Source of the DNA: Octopus sinensis
Lineage: Eukaryota
Direction of reading: 5' to 3'
DNA length: 43,256 nt
Assembly (NCBI RefSeq): GCF_006345805.1
Contig: NW_021835758.1
Coordinates: forward strand, 1 to 43,256
Shown: positions 1 to 11,603 of the stretch, in pieces
Position numbering within the stretch: position 1 is the first letter of the stretch
Layout: each line of letters begins with the position of its first letter
The notes under the pieces: generated by a model
What the model saw: the letters and a program-made list of their open reading frames with translations, nothing else
The model's database searches: none
Told to the model about the DNA's origin: nothing
Translations under genes and position numbers: made by a program

Positions 1-204
1 GTCGGCTGCGTATTATGCTGGTCTCGTTGTTACGTATGACGACCATGTTGCACCAGTTGTAATGAATGGTGTTTACCTGTCATAACATTGCACTCTTAAT
101 ACGACGAGTCAAAAGGCATTTGTACACATGAAGTCACAAGGTGAAGGTCACGTGTCAGAACCTCTCCCGTGGTTTCGCTTCACAGACAATATTTCACCTT
201 AAAC

Positions 205-640
205 TTATCTGAAACACTATCTCTCTCACTCGTTACACCGCCTTCATTCCTCCCTCTTTCTCTCCGTTTCCCTCTTTCTCTGTCTGTCTGTCTGCCTCTC
301 TCGCTCTCTCTCTCTCTCCTCTCTCGCCCTCTCTCCCTCTTATGCTTTACCTCCTACTCCACTTCTGCTTCCTCCATTTTTTATTAATTCTCTTTTCTGT
401 CTGCCGTCTTCTCTTTGACCTCTTCCACTCACTTTCATTCATCCTGTCTCTCTCCCTCTCTCCCCCCTCTCTCTCTCTCTGACAACCATTTCACTCCCAC
501 CTCTCTCCTTCTCTCTATTCTTTGCTTACTTATGTTCTGTCACCTCCTACTTCCTCTGGCTTTTTCCCCTTTCTCTTTCCCTCCCTCTTTCATCACTTTC
601 TCTCTAGTTCTCTTTTCCCCTCTCCCTCTGTCCTACAATA
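205..640. repeat. CT-rich low-complexity tract
   Basis: Near-continuous pyrimidine (CT/CTC/TTC) runs; the overlapping ORFs are Leu/Ser/Pro low complexity. Confidence 0.85.
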
Positions 641-714
641 AGCACCATTGACAGGGTCCAGTAGAAAAAAACAAGAGGAGGGGAAAAAGGGAGAGAAGAG
701 GAAAGTGTGGAAGG

Positions 715-790
715 GTCGTTAACCCGACGGGCAAAATGCTTAGCGGCATTTCGTCAGATTTTAATGTTCTGCGTTGAAATTTCTATCGTA
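715..790 (+). mobile_element. Degraded SINE-A 5' fragment
   Basis: gggcaaaatgcttagcggcatttcgtc resembles the SINE-A head seen at 30290 and 37782. Confidence 0.45.
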
Positions 791-1853
791 GTGTTTTTTT
801 TTAATATTATTTCTCTTGTAATTCTTTTGCAAATTTTGTTTATTGCTTTTGAAATTTGAATAAATTTTACTTCTTTTCAGTCGTATGATGACGGACTGCC
901 AAATAAAAAAAAGAAAAACACACACTAATTTATCAGACAATCCAACACAATGTCCAAGATATACAACAAAGATGATTGTTCCTGGCTGCAGACTCAGCGT
1001 TTAGCGAGAGAAAACAACAGCATTGACGGACGGTGATTCGTTGGTAGATGAAGACTTTTTATGTATCTGTTTGTAATAGGTTACTCCTCAGCGGCGTGAG
1101 TTTATAGAATGTCCTTGTGAATAAAAACGCAACAGTGATTGACCTAACAAGCAATCCTGGCTTAACATCACCACCATTAGGTTGTAGACCTAACATGTCT
1201 CCCAGTTTATCCCCGAACGACTGATTTCACACAGGAATTAGTTCGCTCTCCCCACCCTTATCCGGTTTCATATTCCCATTACTCAGCCATTAAATTGTGG
1301 ACATCTACCACCGACAACTTGAGTTCACATTATTTCAAATATTCAAACAGAAACCCCGGCCAGCGTTTTTATTTCCTGAAACTCTAAACTTACTACTGAG
1401 CAAATAAGGGACTGGATATCATCGTTTCCCTAGTTGGGGTTGAACTTAGAAAGCAAGTTTCACCTCATTTCAGTTAGTTTCAACACAAACAATTCTGCGA
1501 AAGCCATTTCAGAACAGCTATATTAATGTGGGTGATGTCCAGATAGGAGTTTTACCGCCAGACGCCTACAATTTCGAAGTGGACCGAGAAAGGGCTGAGT
1601 TCGGTGTGGTTTTTAGTAAATTATAGAATAAAAGAAATTAACAGAGTACTGGGTGCAGAGACTTGTGAGGTGAGAGAAGAAGCGTCGGGTACACCCAGTG
1701 GTACAATGATAGAAAGGTAGTCAGTTTGGGTTATTGTGTTACTGAAAAGATATTGGTTCTAAACTGCAATTGTGTCCATTGTGGGGTTTAAACAAGTTTA
1801 GACTAGCTTTACTAACGTGCATTAACACACACACAAATAGATTAATATGTCAG

Positions 1854-1937
<84 letters not shown>

Positions 1938-2376
1938 AATCTTTAGGTAAATATATTCATAAGAATATTTTATACTGAATTTATATTGAGTGCTCCATTG
2001 TATATAAATATTAATACTATTAACGTGTTTAATATTTAATATTTAATACGAGCGATATATACATGCATTTTTTAATAATATATTATAAAAAAATATATGT
2101 ATATATATATATATATATATTAGAAGAAATGAGGTACTCAGAAAATCGGATGGTTTATATTTACAGATATTTATTTGTATATTACATTTTTTATACATCA
2201 TATAACTTAGATCATGTATTAGCGCTTTCTCCCATTCTAGTGGGGTTTTCAAATCAAACTAAGTTCCTGTGTGAAGAGTTTTGACCATTTTATAGTGGTA
2301 TTGAGTTTGTAGTGGTGGGGAGGAATATAAGAGAGTGCAAGAGGGTGATGGATGAGGAGAAAATGAGAGAGAGAAC

Positions 2377-2443
<67 letters not shown>

Positions 2444-2474
2444 TGTATGTATGTATGTATGTATGTATGTATGT
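2377..2474. repeat. (TA)n-(TATG)n microsatellite
   Basis: Direct reading. Confidence 0.95.
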
Positions 2475-2489
2475 GTCAGGTCACTTTCT

Positions 2490-2600
2490 AGTGCTACTGG
2501 TAACATATAACCCAGTACAACCTGTTGCATGGTCAGATCGTCGGCGACTAAACCAGCAACCCCACCAAGCTTGCTTGGATATGAATTTGATAACATCAAT
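2490..2600 (-). repeat. Unclassified interspersed repeat fragment, related to 18060-18135 (+)
   Basis: Minus-strand ctgaccatgcaacaggttgtactgggtt matches ccgaccatgcaacaggatgtactggttt at about 18100-18130. Confidence 0.45.
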
Positions 2601-2646
2601 TTTAACACCAGTGATCTAGCGTATAAAGAACTGAAATTCAGTAAAA

Positions 2647-2725
<79 letters not shown>

Positions 2726-2776
2726 GAAATATTGCATTTCTAAATGCCTCTGAAAGACTTATACAGTACCAGCACG

Positions 2777-3134
2777 GTAAAGTGATGGTTTGTTGCTAAC
2801 TTAATTTGGCAATCCCAGGATGCTTCTTCACCTTTGCATACTCATACATGGTTTATTTCACTTGAAATTCTATAAGTTTTCAAAGGTGAATAAGCATCGT
2901 CAATTACAAGCCAAGCTACACCAGACTGATGAAGTACAAGAACTCTGAAACTAGTCTCTGGCTGCTGACTTGGCTGGGTGGAGGTGCTTATCTCCTCTGA
3001 TTGAAAACTTAAGGGTACAGAACGCTTGTGCCACATAGCCAACTGGAAATGATGTTTCCTGGGGCTAAACAGCAGTAGCATTCCTCCCTTTCCTGGGACT
3101 GCCACATTAAGTCGGCAACAATCCATCATTTTAC
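2777..3134 (+). mobile_element. Fold-back non-coding element with a hammerhead at the apex
   Basis: 44-bp imperfect inverted repeats (2777-2820 / 3091-3134), plus inner complementary blocks (taagttttcaa 2872 / ttgaaaactta 3001; ataagca / tgcttat; agccaa / ttggct). Confidence 0.6.
2921..2961 (+). ncRNA. Type I hammerhead ribozyme-like motif (C3-G8)
   Basis: CCAGA-CTGATGA-AGTACAAGAACTCT-GAAA-CTAG-TC-TCTGG: 5-bp stem I, intact core, palindromic ACTAGT stem III, GUC site; stem II is weak. Confidence 0.75.
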
Positions 3135-3164
3135 ACACACACACCACACACACACACACACACG

Positions 3165-3218
<54 letters not shown>

Positions 3219-3221
<3 letters not shown>

Positions 3222-3385
3222 AGGGCGTATGGCTTAATGGATAGGGTGGTGCACTCACGATCTAAGTTATATGCGTATACGTCCATAAATTACTGCGTGG
3301 CATCTTAGGCAAGTGTCTTCTACCATTGCCTCGGGCCGATCAAGGCCTTGTGAGTGGATTTGGTAGACGGAAACTAGCAGAAGCC
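3219..3385 (+). mobile_element. SINE-B-like 5' part with a divergent tRNA-like head
   Basis: ggcaagtgtcttc...gccttgtgagtggatttggtagacggaaact...aagcccgtcg shared with the copy at 6942. Confidence 0.75.
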
Positions 3386-3403
3386 CGTCGTGTATATATA
3401 TAC

Positions 3404-3442
<39 letters not shown>

Positions 3443-3443
3443 A

Positions 3444-3478
<35 letters not shown>

Positions 3479-3592
3479 CAGAAATTTTACATGTTATATA
3501 TATATATATATACATATAGGTATATAACATATATTTTACAAGTTATAAATATATATTTTTGATAAGGTTCGTTTTTCCAAGAAGAACCTAAA

Positions 3593-3972
3593 CTTGAAAA
3601 ACGCCGCCGCCGTGGTGATCTCATTCTCGCCCACAACATCATAAGCGGAAAGTGTAACCTCTCGAAAGAGCTGTTCTTCACTCCTGCTCCAGAGCGTCGG
3701 CTGCGGGATCATTCCGAAAAGCTCTACCTGCGACGATTTCATCTCAATCGAAGGAGAGGAGCTTTCTCCGTCCGGGTTGCGGATCCGTGGAACAAGCTGC
3801 CAGACGAGATGGTGAAGATGCCGACGACCGCTTTGTTCAAAGTCTCCCTTGACCTCAAGTGGCCTGAACTCTTTACATGAACACCACCCTGTACTTAACT
3901 CCATGTCCCCTTACATGGCCTTGCTATTTGCTTTTGAGCCAAATTAACTAACTAACTAACTAACTAACTAAC
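3593..3972 (+). mobile_element. 5'-truncated CR1-clade LINE 3' end, family 1, (TAAC)n tail
   Basis: Open frame 3593-3880 LEKRRRRGDLILAHNII...FSVRVADPWNKLPDEMV...FKVSLDLKWPELFT*, typical of the CR1 ORF2 C-terminus; short UTR and (TAAC)n tail. Confidence 0.9.
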
Positions 3973-4104
3973 ATATAAAATCTCTCAGAAAATTAAAATT
4001 TATCTTATTTAGTGGCGTTTTCAACCTTCTTTTTTATAAATATATACCCACTCGTATACCACCTACACTTTTTGTAAATATATATATATCTGCTTAGATT
4101 TATG

Positions 4105-4306
4105 CGTTTGTCTGTGTTTGCCGCCCCACCATCGCTTCACAACCGATGTTGGTGTGCTTGCGTCCCCGTAACCAAGCGGCTCGACAAAAGAGTCCCCACA
4201 GAATAAGTACTAGGCCTACAAATAATAAGTCCTGGGGGTCGATTGGTTCGACTAAAGGCAGTGCTCCAGCATGGCCGCAGTCAAATGACTGACACAGGTA
4301 AAAGAA
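4105..4306 (+). mobile_element. SINE-B 3' half
   Basis: Ends gtgctccagcatggccgcagtcaaatgactgacacaggtaaaaga, as in the copy at 7381. Confidence 0.85.
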
Positions 4307-4314
4307 TATATATA

Positions 4315-4360
<46 letters not shown>

Positions 4361-5244
4361 CATATACTATATATATGTATATGTATATAAATATATATAT
4401 ATTATATATATGTACGTATATATGTATTATACGTAGATACATATGTACGTATAAGTAGATGTATATATATATATATACGTGCGTGATATAAAATGCTTTG
4501 TGTTTTAATTGAGTGTTTAAGTCTATGAGAAGTCGGAGGTGGAGGACATGAATGAGACAACAACTTAACGTCTCATTACCCATGATGTCTTTGATGCTAT
4601 CAACAAAAAAATGTCTCTGTCTGGCACCATAACTCATTACCAAATAAAACGTCACGATTATAAGACGTTGTGGCACTTCCCTGCTTCTCTGTGAACCAGC
4701 ACATGAAAGGACAACAAAGAAATTGGTCGACATATAAAATTCCATCCGCTAGATTATTAATTCCGATACATTGAGACATTCTGTGTGGAATAATGGCAGA
4801 TTCTATTGTATTCTAAGATTTATGGCTCACGTTTTACAGGAATCTCTTTCAACGATACGAAGAATAAATGTACAATGTAAAAAGATTGATATGAATACAC
4901 AACACACACTCTTTCTCTCTCACAGAAATATATGTATACACATGTATATAAGTATATGTATATATGCGTGTGTATGTGTGTATGTGTATGTGTGTATGTG
5001 TATGTATGCATGCGTGTGTGAGTGCGCGTATATATATATATATATATAAATATGTATATATGTGTGTATCTATATATATATATATCTATATGTATATGCA
5101 TATACACAAGCACACATGCACATACATGCATATACGTAAATACATATGCATATATATACATCTACATACTTATACATACATATATACATAATATACATAC
5201 ATACATACATACATATATGATATATATGTATGTATATATATTAT

Positions 5245-5275
<31 letters not shown>

Positions 5276-5276
5276 T

Positions 5277-5493
5277 CTTCCGGTCATTCAAAATGTGACC
5301 GCGGGTGTACCGTTGGCGATTTTTTTTCCTCCGTTTTCCTTCTCTGGATCTTTCCTTTTCCTATGTTTTCTGACGAAGAGCTCCGCTCGAAACGTTTAAC
5401 ACCTTCCTCTTTCCTTCCTTCCTTCCTGAGCGTCCAATAATACTATATTTGTTCCACGTCCTCGCATTGTTGTGTTTTTCTCTTGGGTTTTCA
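5277..5493 (+). mobile_element. Penelope-like pLTR remnant
   Basis: Contains a hammerhead-like motif; the downstream part resembles 6670-6762 and the minus strand of 18500-18575; abuts TA tracts. Confidence 0.55.
5364..5401 (+). ncRNA. Minimal hammerhead-like motif with an extra A after A9
   Basis: CTGACGA-A-GAGC-TCC-GCTC-GAAA-CG-TT; ACGT palindrome; stem I degraded. Confidence 0.6.
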
Positions 5494-5537
5494 TGTTTGG
5501 ATTACTTTATAATATATATATATATTATATATATATA

Positions 5538-5579
<42 letters not shown>

Positions 5580-5660
5580 ATATAATATATATATATATAT
5601 ATCTAATATATATATATACATACACATATATATATATATATTTACACGACATTAAATCAA

Positions 5661-5794
5661 GCAATATTACTGATTATGACATATACCTGGTCAGAAGGTT
5701 ACCATCGGTTTCATGCTAAATATTGTTACTATTGTTCAAGCCAATATTCGTAGATAAACCGACCAGGTATATGCCATAACCGGTAATATATTGC
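5661..5794. repeat. Short inverted repeat (~32-bp arms)
   Basis: gcaatattactgattatgacatatacctggtc versus gaccaggtatatgccataaccggtaatatattgc. Confidence 0.65.
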
Positions 5795-5849
5795 TGGGTA
5801 ATACATAAGAATATGCTCTTTTCTCTATGTTGAGTGTGATTACTTTCTA

Positions 5850-6345
5850 ATGTATGAAACTGCGTGATGTTAGTTCACCTTTGTACCATTTCTATAACAC
5901 TCTTATGCGGTTGGTGTCTTCTGCGGAGAGGGATTTCATATCACCAGCCTTGCATATGCTTTTGTCCTGGTTGTTGGCTCATTTAGTGTATGAGGGAGCT
6001 TGACATCGCTGCCCTTGTCTGTACTTCATGTCAGGGTGTTGGCTCATCAGGTATCGTGGATAGGGAATCTGTCCAGTTTCTCAAGACAGGGATCAACATT
6101 CACATTGTGTAGGTTTCTTAATTCTTTTAACAGAACATTGAAAAGCTTTGGGAGTTTGAATTCCAAGATTTTGCGGAAAAGTTCCCTCTTTAAAAGGAGT
6201 GGACGGTAGCTTTGGTATTACACAATGCCTTCCAGCCTGGGAATTTGTATAACTTCCGATGCCGAAGTTAGGTACTGGCCCTTCCAGAAATTTCCACATT
6301 AAAAATATTACCTATCTCTCGCGTCTTCCTTTCAGGAAATCCTTT
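5850..6345 (-). pseudogene. Decayed CR1-clade ORF2 C-terminus, family 2
   Basis: MWKFLEGPVPNFGIGSYTNSQAGRHCVIPKLP is homologous to the ORF at 19601-19858; frameshifted. Confidence 0.8.
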
Positions 6346-6669
6346 TAGCGTTGCATTGCTAGATCGCTTCAATCTCTGCTGTTCATTTGACAATGTGCTA
6401 TGAACACAGCTAAGAGTAAAAACCTAGGCAACTGTAAACAAAGATTTACCACAGGATCAACACGACTTCTTTGTTGCCATCTTGGTAATGTGAATATGAA
6501 TTGATGCATCATTACACATACTTATCCCCCAAGTCTCTCAATGCCTGTAACTCAGGGATTGCAATACTTTCGGGACCTGTATATGAAGGCTGTGGTGCAT
6601 TTGTGAGCTGGAAAAAGCATTCAACTGCACGTTGTTTTGTTCAGCCCACTTGTATATTGAGTCCTCTTT

Positions 6670-6762
6670 CCTTGCTTTCCTAAGCGTCTGATAATACAGT
6701 ACTTGTACCTAGTCCTCGCCTTATTGTTTTTTCTTGTTTGTTCTTCTTTGTTCGGATTCACT
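6670..6762 (+). mobile_element. Fragment of the same pLTR-like family as 5277-5493
   Basis: ttcctaagcgtctgataatacag...gtcctcgcc...ttcggatt aligns by eye with 5420-5493. Confidence 0.45.
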
Positions 6763-6797
6763 ATATGTGTGTGTGTGTGTTGTATACAGAGTATATG

Positions 6798-6830
<33 letters not shown>

Positions 6831-6840
6831 TATATATTAT

Positions 6841-6918
<78 letters not shown>

Positions 6919-6941
6919 TATATATATATATATATATACAT

Positions 6942-7128
6942 GGCGCAGGAGAGGAGTGCTGTGTGGTAAGTAGCTTGCTTACCAACCACATGGTTCCGAG
7001 TTCAGTTCCACTGCGTGGCACCTTGGGCAAGTGTCTTCTACTATAGCCTCGGGCCGACCAAAGCCTGTGAGTGGATTTGGTAGACGGAAACTGAAAGAAG
7101 CCCGTCGTATATATGTATATATAATATG

Positions 7129-7179
<51 letters not shown>

Positions 7180-7440
7180 GTGTGTGTGTGGGTGTGTGTG
7201 TGTGTGGATGTGTGTGTGTGCGTGTATGTCTGTGTGTCTGTGTTTCTCCCTCTTGCATTGCTTGACAACCGATGCTGGTGTGTTTATGTCCCCGCCACTT
7301 AGCGGTTCGGCAAAAGAGACCGATAGAATAAGTACTGGGCTTACAAAGAATAAGTTCCGGGGTCGAGTTGCTCGACTAAAGGCGGTGCTCCAGCATGGCC
7401 GCAGTCAAATGACTGAAACAAGTAAAAGAGTAAAAGAGTA
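6942..7440 (+). mobile_element. Full-length SINE-B (tRNA head, CORE-like block, internal microsatellite, LINE-derived tail)
   Basis: A-box-like tgtgtggtaag, B-box-like ggttccgagttcagttcc, CORE-like ccttgggcaagtgtctt, TA/TG tract, tail ending (agtaaaag)n. Confidence 0.9.
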
Positions 7441-7825
7441 TATGTGTGTGTGTGGATGGATGGATGGATGGCTGTGCTTGTCTGTATACAGTAGCGAGCA
7501 TAATATAAGCGTCAGTAAGAACAAGTGTATTGAAATATTTATTATAGAAAATTAAGAACACGTTGCTCATATTTAGATATATCTAATATCTGTCTTTCGT
7601 CAAAATTTCAAGGGAATGGAATAAATATTTCGTAAGTTATGAGGAAATAAACAAATAATCTTCCAAATTGCAACGGCCAAAAGTTAAGGGTCGCTTAGAA
7701 AAACAATGAAAAATGAAACAAGAACAAAAAAGAAACCCTTACTATTAATATTTCGTGAACATCGCTTTACTATCAATGACCTCATGGTATCTGTTACCAC
7801 AGGACTGAAATAATTTCTTTTCTCC

Positions 7826-8029
7826 TCTAGGCAAAAGGCTCGAAATTCTGGGGAAGGGGGACAGTCGATTAGCTCGACCTCAGTACGCAACTGGTACTTA
7901 ATTTATCGATTCCGAAAGGATGAAAGGCAAAGTCGATCTCGGCGTAATGTGAACGCAGAACGTAAAGACAGACGAAATACCGCTAAGCATTTTGCCCGGT
8001 GTGCTAACGTTTCTGCCAGCTCTCCGCCT
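7826..8029 (-). mobile_element. SINE-A, alternative-tail type
   Basis: Reverse complement of the SINE-A head and central gactttgcctttcatcctttcgg...gataaattaagtaccag block. Confidence 0.85.
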
Positions 8030-8054
8030 TCAATGATGGAGTAATATTGTTCCA

Positions 8055-8950
8055 TTATTTCTTCAATAATGCCCAGAGTTCATATTGGTTCCTTGGATTT
8101 CTCCTTCGGGTCCCATCTCCAATAATCTTCCAAACGTTTTCTATAGCGTTGAAATCGGCACTTTGAGGTGGCCAGTCCATGAAATCAACCCCTTCATCAT
8201 TCAAAACATCTTTGAGCCGCTTCGCAGTGTGACAGGGAGCGTTGTCCTGCACGAAAATAGGACGTTGAACTGACACGGATCGGAGATGTGGGAGGACATG
8301 CTGTCTAATAATCTGCTTGTAGATTTCATCATTGACAGTCCATTGTAGGCGAATAAGTGGACCAGGGCCAGCAGCAGAGATCACTTCCCATGCCATTACA
8401 CTATCTCATCCATATTTCACTGTCTCTTCAACCATGTACGAGATAACCTTTCGTCACATCTGCGGCAGACGTACCTCCCACCATCGGAACCAATTACATT
8501 AAACTTTGATTCATCGCTCAAATGAATCGGCGACCATTGTTCTTCTGACCAAACTTCCGGCTCTTTGATTCTTCTTGGAGATCAGATGTTTCTCTGTTGG
8601 TTACCGAGCAAGCAACCCAGAACCTTGTAGCCCCCGGGAAACTGTTTTGCGCAATACGTTGACATCGGAAGTGGAGCTAAACTCGCGCGATATCTCAGCA
8701 GCACCCTTAAATCTATCCTTTAGCGACATTCTTACCATAATACGAACCTGTCTTGGTGAAGTTTTACCAGTTCCACCGGTTTTGCATTTAGCATCTGTCG
8801 ATCCTGTTGACTTCAAACTACAATTCGTTGCACAAAACTTCTAGACATTTCTACGGCAGTTGCTATCACAGAATTTAACTTGCCTTCTTGGTGAAGGCAC
8901 AGAATCCTTTGTTTTTCGTGCACAAGACTCTGGTCGTCTCTCGCAAGCCG
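8055..8950 (-). pseudogene. Tc1-family DD34E transposase remnant
   Basis: HTH segment LVHEKQRILCLHQEG, then GKTSPRQVRIMVR; catalytic FVQDNAPCH...WPPQSADFNAIENVW with 34 residues between D and E; stops and frameshifts. Confidence 0.9.
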
Positions 8951-9159
8951 CCATGTTGACAGTCGAATGTTCCAATAATGTAAGATCATCAGAAGTAATA
9001 TTTAGCCCAGTCTTTAGAACACATCAAAAAGAGCACCATGCTGGTAAGCCCATGCTACAGCACAGGATTATATCCATTCATACTGATAGAATTTGATCCG
9101 CCTTGAAACTAAACTCTGCCTTGAAATTAAACTCGCGTCAGGTTTGAGTCAGGAAGAAG

Positions 9160-9430
9160 AATAAGGTGAACAAAAGAGATAGAAAGAAGACAGAGAAGAA
9201 GAAGAAGAGGAATTAGAAGAAGAAAAAAAGAGAAGGAAGAGATGATGATGATGATGACGACGAAGATGACGACGACGACGATGATGATGGTGATGATGGT
9301 GATAATGATGAGGATAATGACGACAACGACGGCGACAATCATGATGATGATGTTGACGACGACGATGAGGAGGATAATCATGAAGATGAAGAAGAAAAAT
9401 AAATGGGGGAAGAGGAGGAGGAGGAGCAGA
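9160..9430. repeat. Compound purine-rich trinucleotide tract (GAA/GAT/GAC/GAG)
   Basis: Direct reading. Confidence 0.9.
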
Positions 9431-10129
9431 ACCAGAGAGCGAGTAAACAAAGATTAAAAGGAAAAAGCGAACCAGTGAAGAGTATTGTCTGAGGAATATT
9501 CTCATTACTATTTTCCTTTTGGTACCAAACTTCCGTCGCATTCCCATAATAATTAATTCTTTCATCTGAAACTTCACCTGACAATTTCCGGGTTTCACGA
9601 TTAAATATATATATATATATTTATTTATTTATTCTACTTAGTTGTATATAAAGACGTTGTGTGCCTCCACCATCGCAAGCGCCATCATTAACACCTCTAC
9701 GTGCAATAACAGCGAAAACATTATGTAAAGTCGACTAAATAAGATTAGTTTCGTAATATCTTCAGCCCTAGTTTTGTAATCTCACTTATCAGACATCTAG
9801 TCACGCATACACAAACAAATACACATACGCATATTTACAAATACATTTACAAGCATATACGCACAAACATGTACGTACGTAATACATACAAACATATATA
9901 TGTGTGTGTGTGTGTTTATATATACGTAAAACACACATGCATACATGCCTACGTGGATACATACACGTGCATCTATGTTTATGTATCTGTGTGAATGTAT
10001 AATTTAGGTGTGTGCATACATGCATACATAGGAGACCATCTTTGTTTCTCCATTGAGAATATATTAAAAGAGAAAATAGTAATTATATATTTTTATATTA
10101 CGTCTGTACTAAATAGACCTGCAAGTGGA

Positions 10130-10432
10130 ATACGTAAATATATACATACATGTATACATATATACGTAAATATATACATACATGTATACATATACACACT
10201 TGTATTTATTTATTTATACACACACATATATATATATGTGTGTTTATGTCTATATATATATATTACATTTGTGTATGTATATATATATGTCTATATATAT
10301 ATCACATATATATACATGCATGTATACATACATATATATATTATATTATATATATATATTATATATATATATATTATATATATATATATATATATATTAT
10401 ATACATATATACATATATCTATATTCATATGC

Positions 10433-10494
<62 letters not shown>

Positions 10495-10673
10495 CATACG
10501 TAAATATTTATACCTGCATGTATATGTATATACATATTTGTATGTATGTGTATGTGTATGTATGTGCATATACATATATATATATATATTTATATGTGCA
10601 TATACATATATATATATATGTATATCTGCATGTGTGTGTGTTTGTCTGTGTCTCTATGTGCGTGCGCGTATAT

Positions 10674-10713
<40 letters not shown>

Positions 10714-10770
10714 GTGTATGTAAGTATGTATATACAAATATATGTACGTATGTATGTATGTATGTATGTA
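10130..10770. repeat. Compound (TA)/(TG)/(TATG) microsatellite
   Basis: Direct reading; source of the YI/HT-repeat ORFs. Confidence 0.95.
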
Positions 10771-11024
10771 TGCATGTATGCATATATGAATCTAGTTCTT
10801 CATATATATATCTATATATAAAATATGATATGAAGTGTAAATGACTTCAAAGGCTGAGTGTAATAGATACAGCCATTTCAGTTGCAGGAATGCAGCAAAT
10901 ATACAAAAACTCTGTGCAGTGAAATCTGTGTTTTTCTAGTTTACTTAGAACAGATCTCAGTTCTTTAACCAGAAATAAACTGCTGGAGTGTCAGGAAGGA
11001 ACCTTCGCCCTTATGTACAATATG
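10768..11024. repeat. Near-identical ~255-bp duplicate, copy 1
   Basis: Matches 25318-25575 except for one TA unit. Confidence 0.95.
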
Positions 11025-11603
11025 AAAGCGTGATCTTTCACATGCATGCAAACACGCATTATTACACATACGTACATTTATATCTACACAAAAATATACT
11101 TAAGATATTTGTTTATTTGTATGATAGAAAATAGCACTCAATACACCGTTACATTGACGTGTGTATATATGTAGTAGTAACAAAGATGATAAACGTATAC
11201 CTAAGGGTATGATGCAGCCAGCCTTGCTTCGCTTACCGACTGCATTCAGCTGTGTGTTGAATGAAATAGCAGACAGGAGTTTTAAAGATTTAAACAACGC
11301 ATGACGTCAACAGCTAGTCACATGACCTATGATGTCAAATAACGTATCCATCTTCAAGATCATCCTTGAATTTCGTGGCTAGGAATTTGAGTGGAGGGCA
11401 GCAACTTGAAAATTTTCCAGCTCTGTTTTTCTTTTATATTATTTTATTTCACTAGTTAAAGATGAATGGCCTATAAGTTATGTTTCGTCTTCTGAAAGAC
11501 GTGGGTTTTTGTATAGACAAACATCAACTCTTGAGGACAAGTGAGTGAATGCTGCAACAAAAAAATAAAAATAAAAGAAACAAATAATAAAAATTATCAA
11601 ATA

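Noticed and set aside
1-170. Possible exon or promoter (GGTCACGTG E-box) at the window start
   Set aside because: All frames close quickly; a single motif is not evidence.
9127-9598. His/Ile/Met-rich ORFs, including a possible exon at 9460-9570 (minus)
   Set aside because: Mostly trinucleotide repeat; the unique part resembles no protein I recognise and splice support is weak.
9736-9772. CTGAAGATATTACGAAACTAATC hammerhead-like string (minus)
   Set aside because: No credible stem I or stem II; at best a heavily decayed remnant.
9995-10844. YIYI/VCVC-rich ORFs here and throughout the window
   Set aside because: Dinucleotide-repeat artefacts.
11470-11515. GTCTT-TCAG-AAGAC-GAAAC hairpin (minus)
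   Set aside because: No N3-UGA-N-N8-A core.
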